From positions 36,518,001 through 36,582,000 of the forward strand of contig OZ024745.1 in assembly GCA_964016885.1 (NCBI GenBank): a stretch of 64,000 nucleotides of DNA. Reading direction: 5' to 3'. The translations under genes and the position numbers were made by a program. Source of the stretch: Eledone cirrhosa (lineage: Eukaryota). The notes beneath the pieces were generated by a model. It saw only the letters and a list, made by a program, of their open reading frames with translations, was not told the DNA's origin and did not search any database. Below, one piece after another: positions 41,787-54,166 of the stretch (the first letter of the stretch is position 1; every line of letters starts with the position of its first letter).

Positions 41787-44700
41787 TTACAGACACATAC
41801 TCAGAGTAGGCCCATTCACTCGGGCCATACTTGCTTCTCTCACCCATCTTTCAACAAAATGCTGGGAAGAGACCACTTCCCACTCTACCCTGATTTTCCT
41901 TTTCAAATGAAATTTGAAAAAGTTAATCAGGGCATCACCGAAGAGGTAAGTGCTCGTCTTCAGCCCTTTCAAACGTGTCCACCATACTATCTCTTTCGCC
42001 ATGGCTACCAGACAGATAAAAACTGCCTGCCCTTCCCGGCAAAAGGAAGAGGGCGGGGCAATCCTCACGATGGACTCAGCTGATAGCTGGATCCGTCCTA
42101 CACGTGACAGCAGGTGTTCGACATAAACCCACAAGTCAGCAATGCTCGGACACTGGACGAGTGCGTGCAGGACGGTTTCATCGCCCTGCGAGTATCTCGG
42201 ACATGCCTGGCTGACGGCACCTCCATGCCTGTAGAGTTTATCTCGAACTGGCAAAGCTCCTCGGTAGCACTGCCAGGCCAGGGATTTCTGGAAGTTGTCC
42301 ATAGGCCACGGCCCAAAACTCCTTCCGAAGAGATTGGCTAGTTGATTTTCGTCGACGCCTAGAGTTTCTCCAAGTACGTCGTCGCTCTTCCCCTCCACTA
42401 ATCCTCTATAGAACGCCAAGGTGGAGTTTCCACCGATCACATTGCTCGATTGGTCGAGGGCTGTGAGCGCCTGAAGACATTCCAGTCTCCAAGCGCTTCC
42501 GCTCGGTCTTCGCTTGACCTAGGACTGCAGCTCCGTCAAGGAGACGAGCTGGGGAATGACGTGTCTAGCAAACGGCGACCACATCTGATCACCGTCGAGG
42601 AAGAGGTGGAGATGTCGTAGCCTGAGCGCGTGTCTGCGCATCATCAGCCACGGCATGCCCAGTCCTCCACGTAGCGGGTGTTGACAGCAGATGGACCACC
42701 TAACCATCGGAGCGCGTCCCTTCCACAAAGAGCGAAAGAGCAAATGCTCCAGCGCAGTCAGGCGGGGCTTAGGACAAGGTACGACGGTCAGGCGGTAGTA
42801 GATGACGGACGCAATGTACGCGTTAGCCACCTCCGCTCGACCTTTCAGGGATAGCTTCCTCTCCGCCCATTTCTTGGTGAGAGAAGCCACCCTGCTCGTC
42901 ACCTCGTCCCAGTTTTTGTCCGTCTGGAGGTCCGGACCGAACCAGACCCCTAGCAATTTAACCGGTCCGTCCGTCCAGCGCCCGACGACGCTGTTGGACG
43001 GTATGGGCCTTCCTCTCCAGGTGCCGAGCTGCAGGCCCACTGACATTTCCTGGTTGATCATTGCTCCTGTCACCGCTTCGTATTCTCTTAGTGTAGTGCC
43101 GATCGCCTCGGTGTGTTTGGCGTTCGACACCACTACGGTGACATCGTCCGCATATGCTGACACGGATCTTCCGCATCCTAGTTCGTGCGGGACGCCCCTC
43201 AACGTCTCCAGTTTGTGCAGTAATGGCTCGAAAGTCAATACGTACAAGAGGGACGAGAGGGGACATCCTTGGCGGACCGAGCGCATGTTGTTGAACGGTT
43301 CCGACAGGTGACCGTTCACTCTCACCACAGAGCAGATGTCGCTGTGCATGGCAGCGATCCAACCTCTCAAGACGGGCCCAAAGCCAGCCGCCCTCAAGAC
43401 TGCCGCTAGGTAACGATGGTCGACCCTATCGAAAGCTTTCGACTGATCTAAATCGATCAAGGACGCACCCGTGCCAGGTTCCCTAGCTACCCTCTCTACG
43501 ATGTATCGCATGAGGTGGAGGTTGTCGTGGATGGATCTGTCGGGAATGGCGCATGTCTGCGCCTCTCTCACCAGACTGCCAACGACAAACGCCAACCTCT
43601 TTGTTAGCACCTTGGCCAAAATCTTGAACTCTGTATTTAGCAGAGTTATGGGCCTGAAATTATCTATGTTATCCCCCTTGTTCAGATCCTTTCTCAGCAG
43701 CGCCAAAGCTCCTCGGCTCACAGAGCTGGGAATTCTCCCGTTCTGTCGCCAGTTGCAGTAGACGTCCGCCAAGAGGCCTCCGAACAAGTCTGGCATCTGT
43801 ACGTAAAGTTCATAGGGCAGACCATCCAAACCAGGCGATTTACCCCTTGTGCAGCCAGTCATTGCCTCCCGTACTTCAGCGGCTGTTATCGGCTTTTCGC
43901 AACACTCCGCCTCAGTGGCCTAGAGCCGCGGCAGTCCGTCGAGGTAGACACTAAAGTCCATCCCTCGACCCGGCCCGCCGCTGCCCCCGAACAGCTGTGC
44001 GAAGTGTCGCTGAAAAGCTTCACACGTTTGCCCGGGATCGAGTAGCATGCGCCCGTCGTGGTCCACCAAAGACCGGATCGTGGCTTTGTTGCAACGATGC
44101 GCCTCCGCCACTCGGGCCCATTGAACGGCTTTCGTCCCCTCGTGTCTGAGAGCACGCACTCTAGCTCTGACAACGCAGCCTTCGTGCTTTGCATTGAAGA
44201 ATTGGTCAAGGGCCAATTTCGCCGCAAGTACGTCGGTCGCGACGCCTTTGCTAAGCGCCTTTGCTAACTAATTCTCCCTCTGCTCTATTTTTCTCTATTG
44301 CTAAAGCCTTACTAAACCTAATGGACTCTATTCTAATTGCTCTTTTCAGAGCAAACCACCACTTGTTGTTGACGATGGCCCCCGTCAACGCCCGCTTAAC
44401 TAGTTCGCTAATCCGGTCTCTGTAGGCCTTGCGCGCTGGTAAGGACGCGTTTAGCTTCCAGTAGCCGGGTCCTCGTCTATGAAGCCTATCAAAGTCAAGC
44501 ACATAGATCACGAATTTGTGGTCCGTGTAGCTGACTATCTTGAATTGTGGACAGCCTATCTATTTCCCTACAAAATACTCTATCTAGATATGATCTGGAT
44601 GACCCTATGCGATTTGTCCAAGTCCACATTGGCACATTCGGGAAATCCAATCGGTACCTGTCAGACAGTTCAAAACGCCTGAGCAGGTTGGTGAGACTCT

Positions 44701-45187
44701 TGCACCCTCCTCCTCTATCCCCTAATCCCACACAGTCCCAGCGTGCATCTAAGATCCCGTTCCAGTCGCCCACTAACACTAAAGAGCGGGACGTTCCAAG
44801 AAAGGTCTCCAGACGCCGGAAGAAATCAGGCCGCCCTGCTCCTGTCGGGGCATAGACGGCCACTAACCTGAAAGCTTGCCCGTCTCCGCTGGTCACGTCC
44901 AGCACCACCAACCTACCTTCTGGGACCAGGGAGATGGCCCGTATGGCAAGATCCAAACCTCTCCGAAAAAGCACAGCAACTCCTACCCCCGATCCAGGAC
45001 GGCTGGGAGATGCGTACACATCGTAGCCGCCGAAGGTCCGTGCGAAGGCCCGTGCTTCAGAGATTCTGGTCTCGCTGATGGCCACTACATCTATGTTTAG
45101 TGACTTGAGGTCGTTGAGCAGGTGGCCCTGCTTCCATGACGACCCCAAGCCACGCGCATTTATGCTGCCTATTCTGAGTGAGGTCAT
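41787..45187 (-). pseudogene. ORF2 of copy 2: AP endonuclease, RT and zf-RVT (frameshifts and stops)
   Basis: MTSLRIGSINARGL, AISETR, VYAP, LVGDWN, SYLDRV (APE, 44495-45187); GPGYWKLNASL; RT 42519-43862 with YADD; C-terminus 41787-42440. Confidence 0.95.
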
Positions 45188-45221
45188 GTTGAAATGGAGT
45201 GGAAAAGAAGGGAAAGACTAC

Positions 45222-47154
45222 TTACCGTACTTCTCGTAGAGGAAGGACGGTTTCTCCATCCTTTTCACTGCTTGTGGCCTCCTCAGGAAGGATGTCCTTA
45301 TAAATCCTCCTGGAGAGTGCTTGTCGGAAGTCTCCGATGTCTTTGGGGAATTTTTGTTTCAGTGTCATGTACGTTTTCTGTGTGATGCGATTGATTTGTA
45401 TGTGTGGAGGTGGTGTGAACTTTTGGGTTGTTGTGTAGTCTTTTTCTGTGATGCTGGTGTTGTGTTGGATGTAGTGTAATAATTGGTTGTTGTTCAAATT
45501 TAAAGCTGTGTAGTGTGTATCGTTTTGGTTGTTTTGTTTTGTTTGCGTTTGTTGTGGGTTTGTTTTAGTTTCTCATTTTGGTGACTTTTGTGGTGTAGGT
45601 GATGGTGGTGTTGGGGTTAATGAAATGATGTTGATTGTGTTGGTGTTTGGGGTGATGGGGTTGGTGATACTGGTGTGGATGGTGGCATGGCTGTTCTAAC
45701 TTTTTTGTTTGATAGTTTATTTGTTTCCTTCTGTATTTTGTTTTTTTTGGGGGGGGAGGAAGAGAATTTTTTTCTTTTTTGGTTTCTTTTTTATTTTTTC
45801 CTGATACCGTTTCCCATTCCTCGTCGTCACAATCTGTCTCCAGTTGTGATAGGCCGGGGCGTGGAAAATCCTCCACAGGCGTTAGTTTTGGTTGTGGCGT
45901 GGTGGATGGTGTAGGCGCTGGTGCTAGTTCTGGCGCGTTGAGTGGTGGTGGTGTTGGTTTTGCTACTGTTGCTGGGGTTGTTGCTGTTACAGTTGCTTCT
46001 GTTGTTGCAGCCATAGTTGTTGCTGTCATCTCTGCTGCTGGTGGTGTTGATGGTTGAGTCACTGGGGTGGGTAGGAGGGGTGGCCTCATCCTTTTAGCCT
46101 GAGGGCAGAAAGCCCTTAGGTGGGTTCCTTCACCACAAACGACGCACCTATGCCTTCTGCCCTCGACAATTACGGTGAGGTGGCTGCCGTCAATGAGGTC
46201 TATTACCTCTGGGATTTCCTCAATACTTTTTTGGTCCGCTTGGATCAGGAGCTCCATCCCAGATTCGGACCAGTTCTCCTGCTTTTCTTTCGCTATTTCT
46301 ATTATCTTGGTGTTGGCTTCGATGCCGGCGAGGACGGCAGCTATTAGCCAGTGAATTTTGATGGCCGGTGGAACGTGGGTGACCCTGATCTTTACGAGTC
46401 TCAGGCCACAATAGCTTGGGGCGAGTGTGAAGTGGTCACTTTTTAATGGGGCCATGGAGTGTTCTCTAGCCTCCTGTGGTGTTTCAAAGAACACGTCCAC
46501 GGTTCCATACTTCTGCCCACGTCTGATGTGGGGTTTTCTTGCCCACACATGTCCCAAAGCTTTTTGGATTTGGGACTCGGATGGCCGTTCCACTCGGCGC
46601 AATTTTATATTAATTGTTCGATAAGACACGGTGCATAGGCGCCGATGCTCCATTTTATTAGGTGGGGGGGGCTGACCCTGTACCCATCTTTCTTTACCAT
46701 TATTTTGGCTTCTTCTAATTCCTCCTGAGTTACCTGAAATGCTTCGCACTGTTTTGCTACTCTGGCAAAACTCAGGGTGGTTTTCTTAAGGTCATTGTTG
46801 CTGTTGTTGTTATCGTTATTTTTGTTATTATTAATTTTAGTTTCAGTTGTGGTGGTGGTGGCGTCAGTGGTGTTCGGTGTGGAAGAGTTCATTTTGGTTG
46901 AATTCATTTCGATATCACGAGTTAATTTGTTTTTTTCTTTTGTTTCTGTTGTCGTGGCGGTGGTGGGGGGTTGTCGCGGTGGTGGTGTTTAACATCTGCA
47001 GTCATTGGTAATGGCGGGAAATGAATGTCTGCCTGAGACAAATTTCAAATATTGCAACTGCTTATATTTTTAGTGTTGGCAAACGTAGTAATATTTACAA
47101 TAGTGGTGTCGGTGTGAGGTGTTAATTTGTGACAAAGGAGTGACTCTGAGTCAT
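45222..47154 (-). pseudogene. ORF1 of copy 2 (gag-like, frameshifted)
   Basis: Pieces 46605-46907 (LSFARVAK...EELEEAK), 45565-46749 (CVVCGEGTHLRAFC CCHC knuckle, WETVSGK) and 45222-45497. Putative start ATG at 47154 in context aacatcATGactc. Confidence 0.8.
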
Positions 47155-47367
47155 GATGTTTCAAAGAAAAATTTTTGTTTGATAATTATAAAAGTTTAAA
47201 TTTTGGGCTCAAGGCCCCAATCTTTTTGGGTGTCCTTTTCAGATAACAATGTATGTGCACTTATATACAGTTAACAATAAAATTTTCCATGAATGGCAAT
47301 TTTGAACAACTGAAAATAACAAACCTTTGCGGAGCTCACGATGATACGATTTACTACGTAGGTCGCC

Positions 47368-48833
47368 AATAATAATAATAATAATAATGATTTCTTTATT
47401 AACCACAAGGGTTTACATAAAGTAGACATTAAGGACAGTGCAGGACAATACAGGACGGTACAAATAGGCATTTCTGCGTGTAAAAAAACAAAAACAAAGG
47501 ATGTAACAAAAAAATAACAATGAAAAATTCCCCAATAGGGGGCAAACTTCGGAGGGACATTTGTGGAGAAAGCCCATTAAAAGGCCACAGTGACCCTGAC
47601 CACCAAGGCAAGTGCCCTCTCCCAGTTTTCCACCTTTAATTTACAGACACGTACTCAGAGTAGGCCCATTCAATCGGGCCATTCTTGCTTCTCTCACCCA
47701 TCTTCAACAAAATGCTGGGAAGAGAGCAATTCCCTCTCTACTCTGATTTTCCTTTTCAAATGAAATTTGAAAAAGTTAATCAGGGCATCACCGAAGAGGT
47801 AAGTGCTCGTCTTCAGCCCTTTCAAACGTGTCCACCATACTATCTCTTTCGCCATGGCCACCAGACAGATAAAAACTGCCTGCCCTTCCCGGCTAAAGGA
47901 AGAGGGCGTGGCAATCCTCACGATGGACTCAGCTGATAGCCGGATCCGTCCTACACGCGACAGCAGGTGTTCGACATAAACCCACAAGTCAGCAATTCTC
48001 GGACACTGGACGAGTGCGTGCAGGACGGTTTCGTCGCCCTGCGCGCATCTCGGACATGCCCGGCTGACGGCACCTCCATGCCTGTAGAGTTTATCCCGAA
48101 CTGGCAAGGCTCCTCGGTAGCACTGCCAGGCCAGGGATTTCTGGAAGTTTTAACTGGTCCGTCCGTCCAGCGTCCGACGACGCTGTTGGACGGCATGGAC
48201 CTGCCTCTCCAGGTGCCGAGCTGCAGGCCCACTGACTTTTCCTGGTTGATCATTGCTCCTGTCACCGCTTCGTATTCTCTTAGTGTAGTGCCGATCGCCT
48301 CGATGTGTTTGGCGTTCGACACCACTATGGTGACATCGTCCGCATATGCTGACACGGATCTTCCGCATCCTAGTTCGTGCGGGACGCCCCTCAACGTCTC
48401 CAGTTTGTGCAGTAATGGCTCGAGAGTCAATACGTACAAGAGGGACGAGAGGGGACATCCTTGGCGGACCGAGCGCATGATGTTGAACGGTTCCGAAAGG
48501 TGACCGTTCACTCTCACCACAGAGCAGATGTCTCTGTGCATGGCAGCGATCCAGCCTCTGAAGACGGGCCCAAAGCCAGCCGCCCTCTGGACTGCCGCGA
48601 GGTAACGATGGTCGACCCTATCGAAAGCTTTCGACTGATCTAAATTGATCAAGGACCCATCCGTGCCAGGTTCCTTAGCTACCCTCTCTACGATGTATCG
48701 CAAGAGCTGGAGGTTGTCGTGGATGGATCTGTCGGGAATGGCGCATGTCTGCGCCTCTCCCACCAGACCACCAACGACAAGCGCCAACCTCTTTGCTAGC
48801 ACCTTGGCCAAAATCTTGAACTCTGTGTTTAGC
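47368..48833 (-). mobile_element. Tx1/L1-clade copy 3, 5'-truncated within RT, with ~660-bp internal deletion
   Basis: (TTA)7 tail at 47368-47388 and the same 3'UTR. Junction at 48149/48150 skips the region equivalent to ~42297-42957. Homology stops at 48833. Confidence 0.93.
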
Positions 48834-51800
48834 GTCCTATAATGAGATGTGTAAAGTTGATATTTTCCAGGTTTCCAACAAACTTTTGGTAATTAATCAA
48901 TTTAACTAGATGACTTAATATTTTTAGCTCTTAGCAAATTGTCTCCTTATTGAATGTTATGACATGTTGTGTATGATTCTATCAGTATTTAACTATTAAC
49001 ATAAGCTATGTCAAAGTTGATGAAATGCTGCGGGTGGCTTAGAAATTAAATTAATTTTAATTATTTTGAACAGACGAAAAGAAAATGAAAATGGAAATCG
49101 AAATGGAAAATCTAGATTTCTACACTCCTCATAGCAAAGTATCTCATTTTCAAATAAACTCGTCTAATTTGAACAAAATTTATCAACAACAGTTTTTGTT
49201 AATTCTAGAAATTATACTGGTCAAAATATTTCCTATCGTTTCTCTTTTTATAAAAAAAATATTGTCCACTAATGAGGCGTGGGAAGACAGCTTCCGCAAT
49301 AAGGTTTAATAAGAAATAAATATCTTTGTGGCTGTTATATTGTTTACTAACAAAATCAATGTTTCCCCCTTATTATTATTTATAATGATATTGATTCTTA
49401 TTTTCTTGAAATTACAAATTTTTTACTTTCAGAGTTTTTAACAATTGTCAGTACTTTTTTTTTATCTTAAACTAGCCGGCAAGTTTCCATTCATTTAGAT
49501 TTAAATAATTCAGTTAATCAACTTATATCTGATCAATAGATTTTTATATACTTTCACTGTCATCAAGAGGCGTCCTGAATTGCAAAGTAAATATCAGGTA
49601 GGTGTTTAACAGCATTTGACTACAAGTTTTATAACCACGTTCTCTGTAGAGGTATATCTAATTAGTTATCTGGTTTAACATAGCCATTTGCTCTTTTCGA
49701 GCTTTTAGCAGCTAAGAATCTGTTATAAGTATTTGAGTTTATTCTCTGGTCTTGAGATATTATTTTTCATTCTTCCAACCAGAGCATCTCTGACTAAGCC
49801 ATGAATAACATGCATTCATTGTTAGTGGAAAGATTCGACTTTATTGCTGTACACTGATGCGATCAATTTAGGACACTATAATTATTGGTAAAATCTACAT
49901 TGCATCTATTTATATGAACGTGTAGTAAAATAAACTGGCTGCTACTCTTGCTCTTGCTTTTGTTGTTTATAATCTCCTCGTCATGCTATGATTGAGAAGC
50001 CGTACGATTAATGGCTTTCCAAGCCTGGTGTTATCCTATTTTTCAGATTTTATATAACTAGTATGGGTACCACACCGATTTTCCCGCACCTTTGGTTCCG
50101 GACCCGTGCTTATTTATCCGTATGCTGGACTAACATAGTTTATATAATAATAATCAGGGTCAATTCCTGGAAGACAGCCACCAAGTTAGAAATAACGTTT
50201 CGCAACAAAACTTCATGTCATACCTTTGTATAATCGCTATAAATATATCATAAATGCTAAAACATTTTCTTTGCGTTTTAACTATTTTAATAGGAAACTG
50301 TAAAAGTTTCCTAAGTATTAAAAAGACATAATTAAAGGTAAATTGAATCAAAATAAGCTACAAATTTCTCCAATTCTACTCTTGTATGTCGCAATAAATC
50401 CAAGTGTGCGTTCAGATACAAAAGATGCTAGCCTATTATTTACCAGGGAATCTGTGTTGGACCGGTACTAAATTTGTTCTTTCAATTTTTTAAGACGGTT
50501 GAGGGGTATATTTGAATGAGATTAGGCAACTATTGTTGCAGGTCAAATAGCTACATAATGGTCTATTTATTTACTTCTGTTATAGTATTGACGAAAGAAA
50601 AACTGTAAATCCAATACTTGCTAAACAAAATGAAGTATATTTACTTCAAACCATGTACTCTCAACTGTTGTTGAAATAATCAGTGTTCGTTTATGAATCT
50701 ATTAAATATGGGTCGATTATATTTGCAGTTAGAGTATAACAATGTCTACTTTCTAGCAAAAAATAATCACCCATTAAAATGCAAATGTTACCTCATTAAG
50801 CAACTACAAAGAATATTTAATTAATAACTTTCTTTTCCATAATATTCATACGCAAGTACATTATATCGTAAATAACAAAAATATCCAGAAAACTATAAAA
50901 TATATTTTACAACAACGATAAAACCTACTATAAAGGTTACTTTCTTCAAGAGTTTTTTAAACCAAATGTTTGAAAAAATTAGTTACCTCTCCTATATAGC
51001 AGCTACTTAGATATCACAATAAAACGGAGTGTTTTCACATGGAATAATAGCGTTAAACTAATAATATCAACTGCAATAGAAATAAAACAACGATAAAACA
51101 GTTTACTGGTGGTATGTACTGTTTAAAATCGCAAACGATGTTGCTGTTGTTTTATTGTTTAGCCCTCTGGTCAAGCCTCATTCAGCTGAACTGTGATCAA
51201 ATGCAATCAGCGGTGACGATACTGACTTTTTATGGGTATATATAATTATGTTGTGTAATGTGTCCTTTACGTATATAAGATGGTAGAATTTGGTATTAGG
51301 AGTATTTGGCTGCTACCTCTGTAGAAACCCTCTCCTTGTCTCGTAATATTTTGCTCTATCCTACAATGCTGTATCTGCTTATATAGTATCGATTCCAGCT
51401 ATGTCCACTCATTCTGGTTCGGATCCTGTTTAATCGATGTTATTTCATTTCCATCAGGTTTTCAGCCTAAACGGAATATTTAATAAAATTAAAAATAAAC
51501 ATAGATCATTTCCTAGACAGATAATATAAATACAAGTTTGCCTATGGTCAAATGCCTCGAACCACGGCCATCATATCTTTGTTTAAGCATTATCTACTTT
51601 TCATTTCATTATCCAATGTGCTTTTAGTTCATTGGAAGGGATGTGTTTTGAGAGAGATTTGGCTGTTATGTCTACCAGGTCAAGCACCTGCAGGGATACT
51701 AACTTGTTGACTTTAATAAGTACCAGTAATACGGTTAGGTTGCTTCAATAGGTTATACCTCTATTCTACAAATATTTATAGACGTGTCAAATCTAGAAAT

Positions 51801-53111
51801 TATTATTTGGTCGTTATCTAGACTTCAAATTTCGTCAAAGCAAAGATGATTCTTAGTTTTACGATTTATGGAGGTATTGTGATTGACAAAGTGACCCAGC
51901 AAAGAAATATCACAGTAGAATATATTGTGAATAATTAAGTTACCTTATATCTACCCATGAGGAAAATCCCAGATATTGATCTTTATCGAAAGCAATTCAT
52001 ATTTTATCTCATCCTTAAAGAGATTAAATTCAATGAGTCCAAAATTTAAATATTCTATCAGATCACTCTGTTTATTTTAGTTGTAAAACAAAGGTGAAAA
52101 TGATGAATATACCAAAATCAAATTAGAGATGTTCAGAAAAGCGCCGCACAAATCAAAGATAAAAATATTTCGATCTTATAATTTCCATATTCTAATAAGT
52201 TATTCAGTAATGACTTTAATCAGCTGAAAATTAATTTTTTAAAGAGGTTATATATTGCCATCAACATATTACAAAATAAAAGGCTACTTAATTATACGAC
52301 TACCTTTCACTTAAAATGCGAATACACTTTCTTATGTATGATGTGCTTCATGATATAATTGGTTGCTGGATTTCCTTTGAATTCCATCTGTAGGATATCT
52401 AACGCCACTCAGCTTAATAGGATCCATCATTTTTTAGATATACTCTGCGATGATGGGCTTTTCAAATGACAAAAACATTTTCAAATATAACACAAAAATC
52501 TTTCATGTAACAGTGATGGAATAATACAGTTAATTGCTTGCAGTTCAAAATTGTAAAGAGGTAAATATGTTATCATATGAAACAGCAACTTCCAGAGCTA
52601 ATACTCGAACCACTAATTAACACGAATGAATATGATATATTCTTCATATTTCGTTCTGTTATGACCTCGTTCATTTAGTTTGATTGTATTGAAAGTAATC
52701 ATAGAAGAAGCTACCAATACAACCCACCAAATAGACATGGAGAAGAACGGTAAGGGGAAATTAAATAATTTTAAACAAAATTCGGATGCGTTAACAGCAG
52801 TTCATGAAGAGGCAGCCAATATATATACAGAGAGCGGCATTGGAAAGGAGTGCAAATACCACCCCCAGCTCGCGGGGCCCCTTCCTCCGAATATACGGAG
52901 CAGCTCAGCTGCCCCGGTTCGAGGAAGCTTGAGGTCTGGACGACGACCGATACAAAGAGGAAGTAGCCGGACAAGCTCTAGCATTTGGTTGTCTCCCTGG
53001 CCACTGCATTGCAGATATATATGTTATATATCATGAAAGGCAAACTAGACATCAGCGAAATTTGAACCCAGATAGCAGGGAATTATCTGATGTAACAACT
53101 TCACAAAAACG

Positions 53112-53184
<73 letters not shown>

Positions 53185-53396
53185 TTAAAACAATGAAATA
53201 AAAAATCAAATCATTAGAGATATACTTCACTGCTTTACGATCGTTTCTAGGTGATGATAATACATTGTAACTATACTTCGTTATTGATCTATGTAAGGTT
53301 AGTAACAAAATATCAGATAAAGAGAATATTTACTTACATGTATATCACCAGCTGTTTTCAAAAGCAATAGACCCCACAACTTCCCGTGGATATCTG

Positions 53397-53469
<73 letters not shown>

Positions 53470-53473
<4 letters not shown>

Positions 53474-54108
53474 GGAAAAATTTGAACAGGGACAAAACAG
53501 AGAGGCAGTACAATAAATGTTTATTAATTTCACGCTCAGGAGAGTGGGGTGTAGGTGGGGGACGACGTTTTGGGCATAAGCCCTTCCTCAGGTGAGAAGT
53601 GTGTGGGAACAGAATTCAAAAGGTGTGTAGGGGAGTGGTGGAGAGACATATAGCGAAAGGAAACGGTGCGAATGAAAAAATAACAAATAAAGATAAAAAT
53701 AAAAATAAAGCATGATCAAAATACAAGGAATGAGATAAATTTAAAAATAAAGGCATGATCAAAATAAACTGAAATTAAAAGGGGGGTAAACAGGTGGTGG
53801 CGGGTGGAGTGGGGAGAGGGAGACGGGGTGTCCGAGCGGGGAGGGCTGAAGGTAGTGTAGGTGTGCGTGTGTGTGTGTGTGTGTATGTGAAAGAAAGGGT
53901 TGGGGGAAGAACGGGGTTGCATGTTCAGGAAGAGGTGGGGGGGGGTCGGAGTGTCTGTGCGTGTGTGGATAGGGGGGGGGGAGAGGAATCAGGAGGCTGA
54001 GGGTGTAAATATGTGGTGGAAAGCACGTGTGTGTGGGGTTAAAGCGTGTTGTGGGTGTGGGTGGCGTGTGGAGAAAAAAATTGTTGGTTGGGGGGGGGAT
54101 ATAGGTGA

Positions 54109-54110
<2 letters not shown>
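53470..54110 (-). mobile_element. Penelope-like pseudo-LTR relic with degenerate hammerhead (53561-53595)
   Basis: Minus strand cac-CTGAGGA-agggc ttat gccc-AAAA-c-GTC (GAAA mutated), preceded by C/A-rich low-complexity sequence and bounded by (TA)n tracts. Confidence 0.5.

Positions 54111-54155
<45 letters not shown>

Positions 54156-54166
<11 letters not shown>

Larger units (their letters stand above)
41525..47367 (-). mobile_element. Tx1/L1-clade non-LTR retrotransposon copy 2, apparently full length (~5.8 kb), inactivated
   Basis: (TTA)6 tail, 3'UTR, ORF2 (APE-RT-zf), ORF1 and a 213-nt leader ending at the tail of copy 3. Confidence 0.93.

Noticed and set aside
38406-48503. Plus-strand ORFs conserved between Tx1 copies (e.g. 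38406-38903, 42802-43311, 47967-48503)
   Set aside because: Antisense shadows of the GC-rich RT frame; conservation just reflects copy identity.
37060-48860. Target-site duplication around the Tx1 array
   Set aside because: The flanks (…gctatcaaaataa / gtcctataatgag…) share no convincing direct repeat.
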